Below, in pieces: positions 18,033 to 28,435 of a DNA stretch of 64,000 nucleotides. Made by a program: the position numbers and the translations under genes. Origin of the DNA: Opitutaceae bacterium (GTDB lineage Bacteria; Verrucomicrobiota; Verrucomicrobiia; Opitutales; Coraliomargaritaceae); the NCBI GenBank assembly GCA_051252375.1, contig JBPOFY010000001.1, positions 32,001 to 96,000 of the forward strand. Direction: 5' to 3'. The notes under the pieces were generated by a model. It made no database searches, had not been told where the DNA came from, and saw only the letters and a list, made by a program, of their open reading frames with translations. Within the stretch, counting starts at the first letter, position 1, and every line of letters begins with the position of its first letter.

Positions 18033-19457
18033 ATGACCGAAACAACATTCGAAGCGTTGCCATTGGCAACACCTATTCAACGCGCACTCGCGGACAAAGA
18101 ATACACCACGCCCTCGCCGATCCAGGCCAAGGCAATCCCAGTCCTCCTCGAAGGTCGCGACCTACTCGCCTGCGCACAAACCGGCACAGGTAAAACAGCC
18201 GCCTTCGCGCTGCCAGTGCTCGACCAATTTGCGCGCAACCCACGCAAACCATTCCGTCGCGGTGTCCGCTGCCTCATTCTTACACCGACGCGTGAACTCG
18301 CAGTGCAAGTGATGCAAAGCTTTGAGACCTACGGCAAATACCTCGATCTACGCATCGGCATGGTATTCGGCGGTGTCTCCGAAAAGCCACAGATTAAGAA
18401 CCTCTATCAAGGTCTCGACATTTGCGTCGCCACCACTGGTCGTTTGCTCGATCTCCATCAGCAAGGTCACGTCGATCTCTCACAAGTCGAAACCTTCATC
18501 CTCGATGAAGCCGACCGTATGCTCGACATGGGATTCATCCGCGACATCCGTAAAATCTCTGCAATGATCCCTCAGCAGCGCCAGACCATGCTCTTCTCTG
18601 CTACTATGGCGCCAGAGATCACCAAGCTAGCCAACACCTTGCTGCACAACCCTGGCGAGATCCGTATCGCGCCCCAAGGCACCACCGCAGATAAAATCGA
18701 TCAGCACGTGCTCTTCGTCGATAAAGGCAACAAGCAGAACCTCCTCATCGACCTTCTCAAAGATCGCGAAGAAGAACACCGCAGCGAACTCAGTCTAGTC
18801 TTCAGTCGCACCAAGCACGGCGCGAAAAACCTAGCAAAGAAGCTCAACAGCATCGGCATCGAAGCCGACTCGATTCACGGTAACAAATCTCAAGCCGCAC
18901 GTCAGAAGACACTCGACCTCTTCAAACAAGGTCGCATCCCCGTGCTCGTCGCGACCGACGTCGCCGCGCGTGGTATCGACGTCAAGAACATCACCTTAGT
19001 CATCAACTTCGACCTTCCAATGGAAGCCGACGCCTACGTGCACCGCATCGGTCGCACCGCACGCGCTGGCAAAAGTGGTCGCGCCCTCTCCTTCTGTTCA
19101 CTCGAAGAAGTCGCCCTCCTGCGCGATGTTGAAAAACTCATTAAGAAAACCGTGCCAGTCTACGAAGACCACGACCACCATGCCCAAGCCATCGCATCGC
19201 TCCACCAAAGTGGTGCTCGTGTCGCCAAACCGAAAAACGGTGGCGGCGGACAACGTGGCGGTGGTGGCGGTGGCCAGCGCGGCGGAGGCGGCGGTCAACG
19301 TCGCAGCGGTCCACCCCGTCAAGGTGGCAGCGGCGGTGGTGGTAACCGAAATTTCCGTGGCAACAGCGGCGGAAATCCGCAGGCAAGCGGCTCTAGTTCC
19401 GGCAATCCCCGCCCGCAACGTCGTAACGCAGGTCGCCGCAGCACCTCGCAGCCATAA
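18033..19457 (+). CDS. rhlE: DEAD-box RNA helicase (RhlE-like) with GGGGQR tail
   Basis: [60 protein letters not shown]. Confidence 0.85.
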   Translation: MTETTFEALPLATPIQRALADKEYTTPSPIQAKAIPVLLEGRDLLACAQTGTGKTAAFALPVLDQFARNPRKPFRRGVRCLILTPTRELAVQVMQSFETYGKYLDLRIGMVFGGVSEKPQIKNLYQGLDICVATTGRLLDLHQQGHVDLSQVETFILDEADRMLDMGFIRDIRKISAMIPQQRQTMLFSATMAPEITKLANTLLHNPGEIRIAPQGTTADKIDQHVLFVDKGNKQNLLIDLLKDREEEHRSELSLVFSRTKHGAKNLAKKLNSIGIEADSIHGNKSQAARQKTLDLFKQGRIPVLVATDVAARGIDVKNITLVINFDLPMEADAYVHRIGRTARAGKSGRALSFCSLEEVALLRDVEKLIKKTVPVYEDHDHHAQAIASLHQSGARVAKPKNGGGGQRGGGGGGQRGGGGGQRRSGPPRQGGSGGGGNRNFRGNSGGNPQASGSSSGNPRPQRRNAGRRSTSQP

Positions 19458-19531
19458 TTATTTATAAGAAAGGAGCGAAATAAGGGTTGATCTTCACCGT
19501 CAGCCCGCTTTCTTTCATCGCTTATTGGTAT

Positions 19532-19622
<91 letters not shown>

Positions 19623-19685
19623 GTTTTTACAAAGTAAAAACCAAACGACTCGCGCAGCGAGACAGGGATAAAAAAATCTGAGTGC

Positions 19686-20495
19686 CTACACTCGCACTGA
19701 TTGCTCAAGCTCTGCAGCTTCAAAAGAAGCCTTTAGCAATTTGCAGTAAGAATGGCTGGCACTCTCGATCTCGAAAGTTGAAAGCGCGCCCACAATTCGT
19801 GACACAGGCAATATGCCAGCGGCTGAATTGGTCATAAAGACAGCCTCAGCTTTATCCAGCAGCTCAACAGCGTAGCTACCCTCCTCAGTGTCACAAATAT
19901 CTAAAACCGCGGAACGCACCACCCCGGGCAAAATGCCGTGACATAAAGCCGGCGTGCACAGTTTCCCTTCGTAGATAAAAAACAAATTCCCAGTCGTGGT
20001 TTCAGCTAGGCTGCCATCCATATCTACACGGATCGTATCATAGAATCCTGCCTTTCGAGCCGAATCGAAGAGCAGTCGATGCTCCATGTAATTGTGCGTC
20101 TTATGCCCCGATAGCGGGGAGTGCTGATTGATCGGATGCAACACATCCAATTGTAATTCGACCGAATCAGGAATGGGAGTCATTGAACGCGCATAAACAT
20201 AGAGCGTCGTCACTGGTCCATTCCTCAACAAGGACAGCTTCACCATCGCAACGGATAATCCATCCCCTCGAATCAACTCCCCGATGGCAGCCAACACCGC
20301 GGTCTCATCAAAATAAAAATCAAAACCGAGTGCCTTGGCTGATCGCTGTAAGCGCGTCCAGTGCCGCGACCAAAATGCCAATCCCAGCTCAGAATATTTA
20401 ATCGTCTCAAAAATACCATAGCCATGCGCAAAGCCTGCCCCAATAGGATCGAGCTGCGCCTTCGCGCCACGTGATATGATTACGATTTCTGACAT
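19686..20495 (-). CDS. pabC: Class IV PLP aminotransferase / aminodeoxychorismate lyase
   Basis: GYGIFETI, HWTRL, HKTHNY, ETTTGNLF, ILPGVVR, FMTNS; overlaps pabB. Confidence 0.75.
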   Translation of the reverse strand: MSEIVIISRGAKAQLDPIGAGFAHGYGIFETIKYSELGLAFWSRHWTRLQRSAKALGFDFYFDETAVLAAIGELIRGDGLSVAMVKLSLLRNGPVTTLYVYARSMTPIPDSVELQLDVLHPINQHSPLSGHKTHNYMEHRLLFDSARKAGFYDTIRVDMDGSLAETTTGNLFFIYEGKLCTPALCHGILPGVVRSAVLDICDTEEGSYAVELLDKAEAVFMTNSAAGILPVSRIVGALSTFEIESASHSYCKLLKASFEAAELEQSVRV

Positions 20496-21808
20496 AGCTG
20501 GTCTAAAGTTTCTCGAATGGCTCGGCCTTTATCGAGTGTTTCTTGATACTCACTGGCAGGATCGGAATCCCAAACAATACCGCCTCCCACTTGATAATCC
20601 AAGTAACCATCCTTAAGGTGCAAACTGCGGATCGCAATATTCAACTCCGCATTGCCATCAAACCCGATGTAACCGATCGAGCCGCAATAGACGCCGCGTC
20701 GCGTAGGCTCCAATTCCTCGATAATCTCCATCGCTCTAACTTTCGGCGCACCCGTGATGGAACCCCCCGGAAAGAGCGCACGAATACAATCGAACACATC
20801 ATACTTTCCCGCGAGCTGTGCCTTCACTTGAGCAGTCTGGTGCATCACCCGCTTGTAGTGCTCTAAGTGATACAAGCCTTCCACTTGCACGCTCCCATAC
20901 TCTGCGACACGACCGAGATCATTGCGCTCAAGGTCAACAATCATCAGCAGCTCCGCCCGTTCTTTTTCGGACAAGCGTAATGCCTCCGCATTGCGAGCAT
21001 CCTCCGCCGCGTCGGCACCACGCGGACGCGTGCCTTTGATCGGCCGCGTCTCGACTGAGCGACCGCGCTTTCTTAAAAACTGTTCGGGCGATGTTGAAAA
21101 AACCTGCAAGTCCCCCGTATTGATGTAGGCACTAAACGGCGCCGGATTCCCTGCACGCAAAGCCTGAAACAGAGCCAACGGCGCGCCCTCAAAACGGCAA
21201 CGCGCACGCTGCGAAAGATTCACCTGATACACATCCCCGCTCGCGATGTAGTTCCTCACCTGAGCGACTTTATGCTCAAATGCATCGCGGGGCATATTCC
21301 ACTCCCACTCACCCAACTGACAGGCAGCAACTTGTTGTGATTTCGCTCCTTCAACTATTTGCGACAGCTCGCGCAACACCACCTCGACTTCGTTCCGAAT
21401 ACCAAGCGCAATCAGATGCAGCACGCCCGTATCATGATGCAAGGCAGCAATCCCATCATAGAGCCCAAAATGTAAATCCGGCACTGCGCGATCGTCTTTA
21501 GCAATAGAGGGTAAGTCCTCGATGCGACGTCCATAATCATAACTGATGAATCCCACGGCACCGCCAACAAATGGTATACTCGTCAACTCGGCCGCCCGAG
21601 TATAAGGCGCCATCACTTCACGCAAATGCGCCAAACCATCACCCTCCGGGTTTGACACCACGTGAAAAGGATCAGCTCCAAAGAAACTCCATTGCCCCAG
21701 CCCATCGTTCGACTGCGCACTATCCAAAACGAAAGGCAACCGACGCCCGCCAAAAGCTTCTATCAACGCATCAACCGTCGGCGGATTAGTTATCTCAATA
21801 CTTTTCAT
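20480..21808 (-). CDS. pabB: Aminodeoxychorismate synthase component I
   Basis: GDVYQVNL, SPEQF, TRPIKGTRPRG, KERAELLMIVDLERNDLGR, FPGGSITGAPK, LNIAIR. Confidence 0.9.
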   Translation of the reverse strand: MKSIEITNPPTVDALIEAFGGRRLPFVLDSAQSNDGLGQWSFFGADPFHVVSNPEGDGLAHLREVMAPYTRAAELTSIPFVGGAVGFISYDYGRRIEDLPSIAKDDRAVPDLHFGLYDGIAALHHDTGVLHLIALGIRNEVEVVLRELSQIVEGAKSQQVAACQLGEWEWNMPRDAFEHKVAQVRNYIASGDVYQVNLSQRARCRFEGAPLALFQALRAGNPAPFSAYINTGDLQVFSTSPEQFLRKRGRSVETRPIKGTRPRGADAAEDARNAEALRLSEKERAELLMIVDLERNDLGRVAEYGSVQVEGLYHLEHYKRVMHQTAQVKAQLAGKYDVFDCIRALFPGGSITGAPKVRAMEIIEELEPTRRGVYCGSIGYIGFDGNAELNIAIRSLHLKDGYLDYQVGGGIVWDSDPASEYQETLDKGRAIRETLDQLCQKS

Positions 21809-21842
21809 TCGCTATCAGCTATTCGCTATTAGCCATTATTGG

Positions 21843-22988
21843 CTAATGCCGGCTGGCACGACGAATCAGCCAAAAACCAACCGCCTGAAAAATAATATTC
21901 GGCAACCACATCAAGATGTCGGCCCGCATGGCAGGGTTCCCTTCCAACCAACTGACCATGATCATGAGGAAATAATACGTCATCGCGATCACGAGTGCGA
22001 TGGCAAGATTTGCATAGGTTTCTTTGCGCCCTACTTGGATCGCCAATGGCACCCCAAACACCGCGAGTGAAAAAACTGAAAACGCCATGGCGCAATTTTT
22101 CTGCAGATGGATCTGCACCTTCAACCGCTCTTCCGATACTCCAGAACCAGCGGCCGCTTCCTCTGCTAGCGCCTTGTCGCGCTCCGACATCAACTGAGCA
22201 AAAGTCATTTCTTTCAAGCGCGCGCGACGCTTCCCCTTCTCGCCGAAAATCTTATCCAGCGGCAAAGCCAAAGGAAGCTCCCCAAAGAAAAGAGAGTCCG
22301 GCACGTCCTCGCCAAATGATTCAGGGTTCTTCTCGGAGCGCACCTCCGCAGTGCCGTCCTTTAGGGTCAGCACTATCTCGTTGCGCTGTTTATCATAGTC
22401 CAACTCGCCTTCAGCTGCGCGAACAAAACGTGTCACACGCTTCTCCTCGTCCAGCTCCCAAATCCAGAAATCCTTCATGGTCTGCTCGTCACGCCCTCCC
22501 ATGTAGATCACATAACCGGGGAATTCATTAATGAAACGTCGCTCTTCGATAAACCCGATCGGATTTTCCGTAATGGCAGATGCCATCAACTGCTTGTATG
22601 CGAGCCGTGATTGGGGCCCATAATGTAAATTCACGATGACAGCCATCACCATGCCGATGAAGGAAATCACAAAGACTGGCGAAGCGATTTGGTATAGGCT
22701 CAGACCCGCCGCCTTCATCGCCACAATTTCCTGTTGCGAGGAGAGACGTCCCAACGCAATCAAGGTCCCCGTCAGCACCCCAAAAGGCAGCGCATAGGAC
22801 GCGACGTAAGGAATCAAAAGACCTATCAGCTTAAACGAAATCCCCATACTCAACTTGCCAGCCGCCACCAGCTCAGCGACATCGCGCAAGACGTTGCCGA
22901 CAAGAAGCACAAAAATAAACAGCCCCATCGCCAACGCGGTCGCGACGAGGATCTCTTTTAAAACATGACGATGGAGGAGGTTCAGCAT
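21843..22988 (-). CDS. LptF/LptG family LPS export permease
   Basis: GRLSSQQEIVAMKAAGLS, 3+3 TM layout with periplasmic domain, WLPNII. Confidence 0.88.
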   Translation of the reverse strand: MLNLLHRHVLKEILVATALAMGLFIFVLLVGNVLRDVAELVAAGKLSMGISFKLIGLLIPYVASYALPFGVLTGTLIALGRLSSQQEIVAMKAAGLSLYQIASPVFVISFIGMVMAVIVNLHYGPQSRLAYKQLMASAITENPIGFIEERRFINEFPGYVIYMGGRDEQTMKDFWIWELDEEKRVTRFVRAAEGELDYDKQRNEIVLTLKDGTAEVRSEKNPESFGEDVPDSLFFGELPLALPLDKIFGEKGKRRARLKEMTFAQLMSERDKALAEEAAAGSGVSEERLKVQIHLQKNCAMAFSVFSLAVFGVPLAIQVGRKETYANLAIALVIAMTYYFLMIMVSWLEGNPAMRADILMWLPNIIFQAVGFWLIRRASRH

Positions 22989-23081
22989 GGAAACATATCT
23001 ACCCGACAAAGTTAGGCGTCAGATAACGCCAATCACAAGCCACAACATCAGACAAATCCGAGCGTTTCACACAAGCACTCC

Positions 23082-23315
23082 CTAAATCCCATAAGTCTTG
23101 ATCAGCTTCTTTGCCTTCGACTTGAGTGCTGGTTCGACACCGGTCTGCTCTGACAGCTTCTCCAAACCTTTCAAGATCGGGCGCTGTGGCGGTAGATTTA
23201 AAATATAATCTTCTTCCAGAACTTCTGACAGACGCTTTAAAGCCGCACGGCGTTTCGCTAGGGTCGCGGACTTACTCAATAATTCCGCAATGGTTTGGTT
23301 CACTTCGTCGTTCAT
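23082..23315 (-). CDS. Hypothetical small helical protein
   Basis: 77-aa ORF whose ATG overlaps the upstream stop (ATGA). Confidence 0.6.
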   Translation of the reverse strand: MNDEVNQTIAELLSKSATLAKRRAALKRLSEVLEEDYILNLPPQRPILKGLEKLSEQTGVEPALKSKAKKLIKTYGI

Positions 23316-24145
23316 GTAGCAGCTTTTGGTGGTAGTTCAGGTAAACGATCGCCGCAGACTTTGCAGAAAGTGGCATCTTTATCGTGGTTTTCCCATCCGC
23401 ACGCAGGACAAATAGGATCTTTTCCGACCGGTGGCGTGTAAGGGTGTGTCATCTCAGCAGTCACAATCGCAGTCGGCACGGCGATAATTCCGTAGCCGGT
23501 GATCATGATCAACGAAGCCACGAATTGTCCAAGTGGAGTCTGCGGAGATATATCACCATACCCCACCGTGGTCAGTGTAACGATGGCCCAATAAACACTC
23601 TTAGGAATACTGGTAAATCCATTATCCTCGCCCTCGATCAAATACATGAGCGATCCGAGAATCAGCACGAGAATGACAACCGTAAAAATGAACACCGCGA
23701 TCTTACGGGCACTAGAGCGCATGGCCCGCATCAAGGTGTTCGCTTCGCCGATATACTTCGCCAGCTTAAGCACTCGAAAAATGCGTAGCACACGCAATAC
23801 GCGAAGTAACATGAGGTAGTGCGCACCAGGAAGGAGTAAATCGATATAGGTCGGCAATATCGCCAATAAATCAACTACACCGAAAAAACTCCGACTGTAT
23901 TTTGCAGGCTTCTCAGACACATAAAGTCGCAAAATATACTCCCCAGTGAAAAGCCCAGTCACCACCCATTCCCCCACATAAAGCCAATGGCGCACATCCG
24001 CAGACAAGGTCGGGATACTTTCCAGCATCACCATGCAGACGCTGAGCAATATCGCCAGAATCAGAACCACATCGAAGGCCTTCTCATCCCAACGATGGGA
24101 CTGAAATATAATACGGCGACACTCTGTGCGAAACCGACTAACCAT
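23312..24145 (-). CDS. Voltage-gated potassium channel-like ion transporter with C-terminal zinc ribbon
   Basis: S4 [14 protein letters not shown], filter [14 protein letters not shown]...FCKVCG. Confidence 0.92.
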   Translation of the reverse strand: MVSRFRTECRRIIFQSHRWDEKAFDVVLILAILLSVCMVMLESIPTLSADVRHWLYVGEWVVTGLFTGEYILRLYVSEKPAKYSRSFFGVVDLLAILPTYIDLLLPGAHYLMLLRVLRVLRIFRVLKLAKYIGEANTLMRAMRSSARKIAVFIFTVVILVLILGSLMYLIEGEDNGFTSIPKSVYWAIVTLTTVGYGDISPQTPLGQFVASLIMITGYGIIAVPTAIVTAEMTHPYTPPVGKDPICPACGWENHDKDATFCKVCGDRLPELPPKAAT

Positions 24146-24156
24146 AACCAACCTTT

Positions 24157-24567
24157 CTACTGCTTAATAAAATACACTTCAGACGGCTCCGCTCCGGGGC
24201 GCGCATAAGTGCCCACAAGGAGCTGCTGCTCCGGATAGAAAATCAAGCGATATGCCGAGCCCGGATAACCTTCGTCTCGCAGGACGAACTCCAGTCGCGG
24301 TTGCTCTTCAATTTCATCAAAAATTGCCGATTCCACATTGATTGGTTGCGGATTAAAATACTGCACCACGACTAGCCCAGCCTCCTCGCCTTGCTCAACC
24401 TTCAATCTGTATGTGCCATCCGCACGCAGCCACAAACCATAAAAGTCAGACTGCTCTGGCAACTTTGCGATGGTCGACGGAATATCAAATTCCGGTTCCA
24501 AGCGATCCTCCCCATTCAGGGAAAGCAAGAGACCCGACAACAGCAGACCGATCAAAAAAATACGCAT
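24157..24567 (-). CDS. Hypothetical exported protein
   Basis: Signal peptide; [23 protein letters not shown]. Confidence 0.65.
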   Translation of the reverse strand: MRIFLIGLLLSGLLLSLNGEDRLEPEFDIPSTIAKLPEQSDFYGLWLRADGTYRLKVEQGEEAGLVVVQYFNPQPINVESAIFDEIEEQPRLEFVLRDEGYPGSAYRLIFYPEQQLLVGTYARPGAEPSEVYFIKQ

Positions 24568-24714
24568 ATATTATTCATGCGCTGCCCAACGAATGATGGC
24601 AAGCGATGAATATTCGTAGCATTGAAAGTAAACTCGACGATTGCCTGGTGCGCCGACAAAAGCCCGTCTTGGGTTGAACAACCAGCAGAAGAACCCATAA
24701 ACATATACTTATCT

Positions 24715-25827
24715 ATGTCACGCCTCCGAATACTCTCCAGCTGCATCGTATTTATATTCTTTGCCTATAGCCTAGTTCAGGCCGAAACGGCGCTGCGCTA
24801 TGCCAACAATTTCGAGATCACGGAGCATGGCACACATCGCATTCTGACCATCCGCAATACCCACCAAAAGGCAGAAAGCACGATCCGCTACGCGCTCGTG
24901 CCAAAAGACCAAGCACTACCCAAATTGGCGGACAACCTCACTGTCATCCGCACGCCTGTCGAGCGGGTAGTCGTGATGGAAACCGTCTATATCGGCTACC
25001 TCGAGGCCTTACAAAAAATCGACACCATCGTAGGCGCTGGCACGATCGACTTCATCAGCAATTCTGACGTCCAAGCACGGATCAATGCAGGGGAAATTAA
25101 GAGTGTTCAAATCGGGCAAGGGCTCGACATCGAGCGCATGCTACTCCTGCAACCGGACCTTATACTCACCAGCATTTCAGGCGACCCCACCTTCGACGTG
25201 CCAGCCAAGCTGACTCGCTCAGGATTACCCGTGGTGCTATCTGCCGGCTACATGGAAGCACACCCACTGGCACGAGCGGAGTGGATCAAGTTTATCGCCG
25301 CATTCTTCGAAGCCGATGCCCAAGCGACCGAACTTTTCGACGCCATGGCGAATCGCTATGAACGCTTGAAAGCAAGAATCATCCCCGAGCTAGAACAACC
25401 GACCGTATTTGCAGGTGCGCCCTACTCTGGAGCATGGTATGTCGCAGGCGGTGAAAGCTACATGGCACGCGCCATCGACGATGCCGGCGGCGACTACCTG
25501 TGGGCAGACACTCCACTACAAGGTGCAATTGCACTGGACACTGAACGTGTATTTCTAAGAGCCGCGCAAGCTGACATCTGGCTCGACCCCAGCCATTATC
25601 GCACCCGCGACGAACTGTTTGCCGCCGACCAACGCTTCACAAAATTCCACGCAGCTAAAGTCGGCTCAGTCTTCAACAACACCAAACAAGTCAGCACGAA
25701 CGGCGGCAATGCCATCTGGGAGACCGGCATCGTCCATCCGGATAAAGTATTGGCCGACCTGATTGCCATCTTCCATCCTGAGCTGATGCCAAATCACACA
25801 TTCGTTTTCTACGAGCAACTAAAGTAA
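24715..25827 (+). CDS. Iron-chelate/cobalamin ABC transporter substrate-binding protein
   Basis: YANNF, RTPVERVV, YMEAHPLARAEWIKF, HPDKVLADLIAIFHP. Confidence 0.85.
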   Translation: MSRLRILSSCIVFIFFAYSLVQAETALRYANNFEITEHGTHRILTIRNTHQKAESTIRYALVPKDQALPKLADNLTVIRTPVERVVVMETVYIGYLEALQKIDTIVGAGTIDFISNSDVQARINAGEIKSVQIGQGLDIERMLLLQPDLILTSISGDPTFDVPAKLTRSGLPVVLSAGYMEAHPLARAEWIKFIAAFFEADAQATELFDAMANRYERLKARIIPELEQPTVFAGAPYSGAWYVAGGESYMARAIDDAGGDYLWADTPLQGAIALDTERVFLRAAQADIWLDPSHYRTRDELFAADQRFTKFHAAKVGSVFNNTKQVSTNGGNAIWETGIVHPDKVLADLIAIFHPELMPNHTFVFYEQLK

Positions 25828-25899
25828 ATCGAATAAAACACTTTCTTCGGTATTTTCGATTCGCTTGGAAGCAGGTTCTGACAAAGCTGTAATTTTGAT

Positions 25900-26958
25900 A
25901 TGTCGCCCAGCTCCGCAGATCGATCCAGCACCCGTCACCGTATTTTATTCGGATTGCTGCCGCTTGCGATCATCGCATTAGCAATTACCAGTGCGTGCTT
26001 CGGCAGCGTCTCACTCTCGCCAGTCTCTGTGCTCAAAGCAATCACTGGAGCCAGCGACCTAAACCCGGTGCATCAACAAATCATTCTCGATTTCAGATTG
26101 CCCCGCATCCTCACCTCCATGCTCGCTGGAGCAGCGCTGGCCACCGCCGGACTGATGATGCAGACAGTGTTTCGCAACCCACTAGCTGACCCTTTCGTGC
26201 TCGGAGTGAACTCAGGCGCCAGCCTCGGCGTCGCCCTTGTCTTGCTCGCACTCGCACCCGCAGGGATGAGCCTCATCGATGGGCTCAGCACATCCGGGCA
26301 ACTCATCATCGTGCTCGCTTCTACGGGAGGCGCAGCTGCCACACTCTTCCTAGTGCTCATACTGTCTAGGCGGGTCGACATCATGTCTGTGCTAATCATC
26401 GGACTGATGATCAGCTACACGGTCGGCGCGCTCGTCAGCATCCTCATGTTCTTTAGCATGGCAGAGCGCTTGCAGTCTTTCCTCAATTGGTCCTTCGGCG
26501 ACTACGGCAATGTGAGCTGGTCGCAAATGCAAATCTTTGGACCCGCCATCTTCCTCGGATTGTTCGTCAGTGTTCTTTTCGTTAAACCACTGGATGCGTT
26601 ACTGCTAGGTGAGCGCTACGCAGAAAGCGTCGGCACGCAAACTCGCAAAGTGCGTTTCTTCGTGCTGCTAGGCGCCTCGCTACTCGCGGGCACAGTGACT
26701 GGGTTTTGCGGCCCAATCGGCTTCCTCGGCATCGCCGCGCCACACCTCAGTCGACATCTTTTCCAAACAAGCCGTCATTCAGTCCTCATCCCCGCCTCCA
26801 TCTGCATCGGCGCATTGCTTTCGCTGGCTTCCGATTTCGTTGCGCGTGGCCCCGGGTTGGACTTCGTCCTGCCACTCAATGCCATCACCGCGCTCGTCGG
26901 CGCACCCGTCATCATCGCGGCACTGATTAAACAGCGTAACCTCAAGCGTCTCTTCTAG
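25900..26958 (+). CDS. FecCD/BtuC family ABC permease
   Basis: [39 protein letters not shown]. Confidence 0.92.
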   Translation: MSPSSADRSSTRHRILFGLLPLAIIALAITSACFGSVSLSPVSVLKAITGASDLNPVHQQIILDFRLPRILTSMLAGAALATAGLMMQTVFRNPLADPFVLGVNSGASLGVALVLLALAPAGMSLIDGLSTSGQLIIVLASTGGAAATLFLVLILSRRVDIMSVLIIGLMISYTVGALVSILMFFSMAERLQSFLNWSFGDYGNVSWSQMQIFGPAIFLGLFVSVLFVKPLDALLLGERYAESVGTQTRKVRFFVLLGASLLAGTVTGFCGPIGFLGIAAPHLSRHLFQTSRHSVLIPASICIGALLSLASDFVARGPGLDFVLPLNAITALVGAPVIIAALIKQRNLKRLF

Positions 26959-27984
26959 ATGAGCGATACGGCACAGATCACGACATCGGCACTGACGATC
27001 GGTTACACACATAAAGGCGTGACCAATACCGTAGCCAAGGACCTAGAACTTACACTGAATGCCGGAGAATTCGTCTGCCTACTCGGTCCAAATGGCGCAG
27101 GGAAATCCACCCTCATCAGGACGCTAGCAGGCATGCAAAAACCGCTTAGCGGAAGCATCCAGCTACAAGGAAAAGACTTTAGCGACATCGCTCCGCGTGA
27201 ACGCGCCCGCATGGTCAGCGTTGTCCTAACCGAAACTTTCCCAAGCGGCATGATGGATGCCTACACTCTGGTTTCACTCGGTCGCCATCCCTACTCCGGC
27301 TGGCTTGGCGGACTAAATAACAACGACCGCGAGCGTATCGACTGGGCTTTTAATGCGGTCGGCGCTGAAGCGCTCGCCACTCGCCAAGTCGCCGAGCTCA
27401 GTGACGGCGAACGCCAAAAAGTCTCCATCGCTCGCGCCCTCGCGCAAGAATCGAAGGTCATGCTCCTCGACGAGCCCACCGCTTTCCTCGATCTTCCACG
27501 ACGTGTCGAGCTAATGAGCATTCTCCGCAATCTCGCGCACCGCGAGCAAATGGGACTTCTCCTTTCGACCCACGACCTCGATCTCGCATTGCGTTTCGCT
27601 GACCGCATCTGGATCGTCAACGAAGATGGCAGCATCCAGCAAGGTTACCCCGAAGCACTCGCGCTCGAAGGCACCTTGGAACGCGTCTTTGCCAATGAAA
27701 ATTTAGACTGGGACGCAGAGCTCGGATCTTTTCGAGCGCATCCGACACCATGCTTAAACGTCTACATGCACGGTGAAGGCATCCACTATGCTTGGACGAA
27801 GCGCGCCCTAGAACGCTTGGGCTTCGGCATCACTGACGCTCAAGGCAAGGCGGCATTTTCGATAGAGATTACACAAGCCAACGACTGCGCGACCTGGGCC
27901 GTTCAATACAAAGATGAACAACCTGTCTTTACCGAAATACGCGTATTGATCGACTGGATACAAGCACAAGACTGGAGCCGTTAA
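26959..27984 (+). CDS. Iron-chelate/cobalamin ABC transporter ATPase
   Basis: [27 protein letters not shown]. Confidence 0.92.
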   Translation: MSDTAQITTSALTIGYTHKGVTNTVAKDLELTLNAGEFVCLLGPNGAGKSTLIRTLAGMQKPLSGSIQLQGKDFSDIAPRERARMVSVVLTETFPSGMMDAYTLVSLGRHPYSGWLGGLNNNDRERIDWAFNAVGAEALATRQVAELSDGERQKVSIARALAQESKVMLLDEPTAFLDLPRRVELMSILRNLAHREQMGLLLSTHDLDLALRFADRIWIVNEDGSIQQGYPEALALEGTLERVFANENLDWDAELGSFRAHPTPCLNVYMHGEGIHYAWTKRALERLGFGITDAQGKAAFSIEITQANDCATWAVQYKDEQPVFTEIRVLIDWIQAQDWSR

Positions 27985-27986
27985 AG

Positions 27987-28364
27987 CTACAGTTTTTTCT
28001 TCAAGCACCCCGGACAAGTGCCGGAGTATATAATCTCACCCCCAGTGATCAAATAGCCTTTCGGCGCAATGATATCCGGCAAACGCATCGCCACCGGCAA
28101 ATCAAAAACACGGTCACACCGCCGACAAATAAAGTGCGGGTGCTCAGACTCGGCGGGCAATTCATAGCGCTTCGGCTGCCCTGGGAATTCGACTCCGATT
28201 ATTAAATAGTTTTCCGACAGTCCCCGTATCGCACGGTCCACAGTGGCAGAGCCTAAACGATCAATTTGCTGACGACCGTATCGTAGAATCTCCTCACGCG
28301 TCAGCGGGCGCCCTGCATCTTGCAGGACGGACAAAATGACTTCGCGTTGACGGGTTTGAATCAT
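27987..28364 (-). CDS. Fur family metalloregulator
   Basis: TRQREVIL, ATVDR, HPHFICRRC, GTCPGC; start at MIQTRQ. Confidence 0.85.
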   Translation of the reverse strand: MIQTRQREVILSVLQDAGRPLTREEILRYGRQQIDRLGSATVDRAIRGLSENYLIIGVEFPGQPKRYELPAESEHPHFICRRCDRVFDLPVAMRLPDIIAPKGYLITGGEIIYSGTCPGCLKKKL

Positions 28365-28435
28365 AAAAAAGGCAGACTGCCATTTCCAAAAGGCACTAAG
28401 GAAACAACAGCCTGCCACACTACCCAAGACAATCT

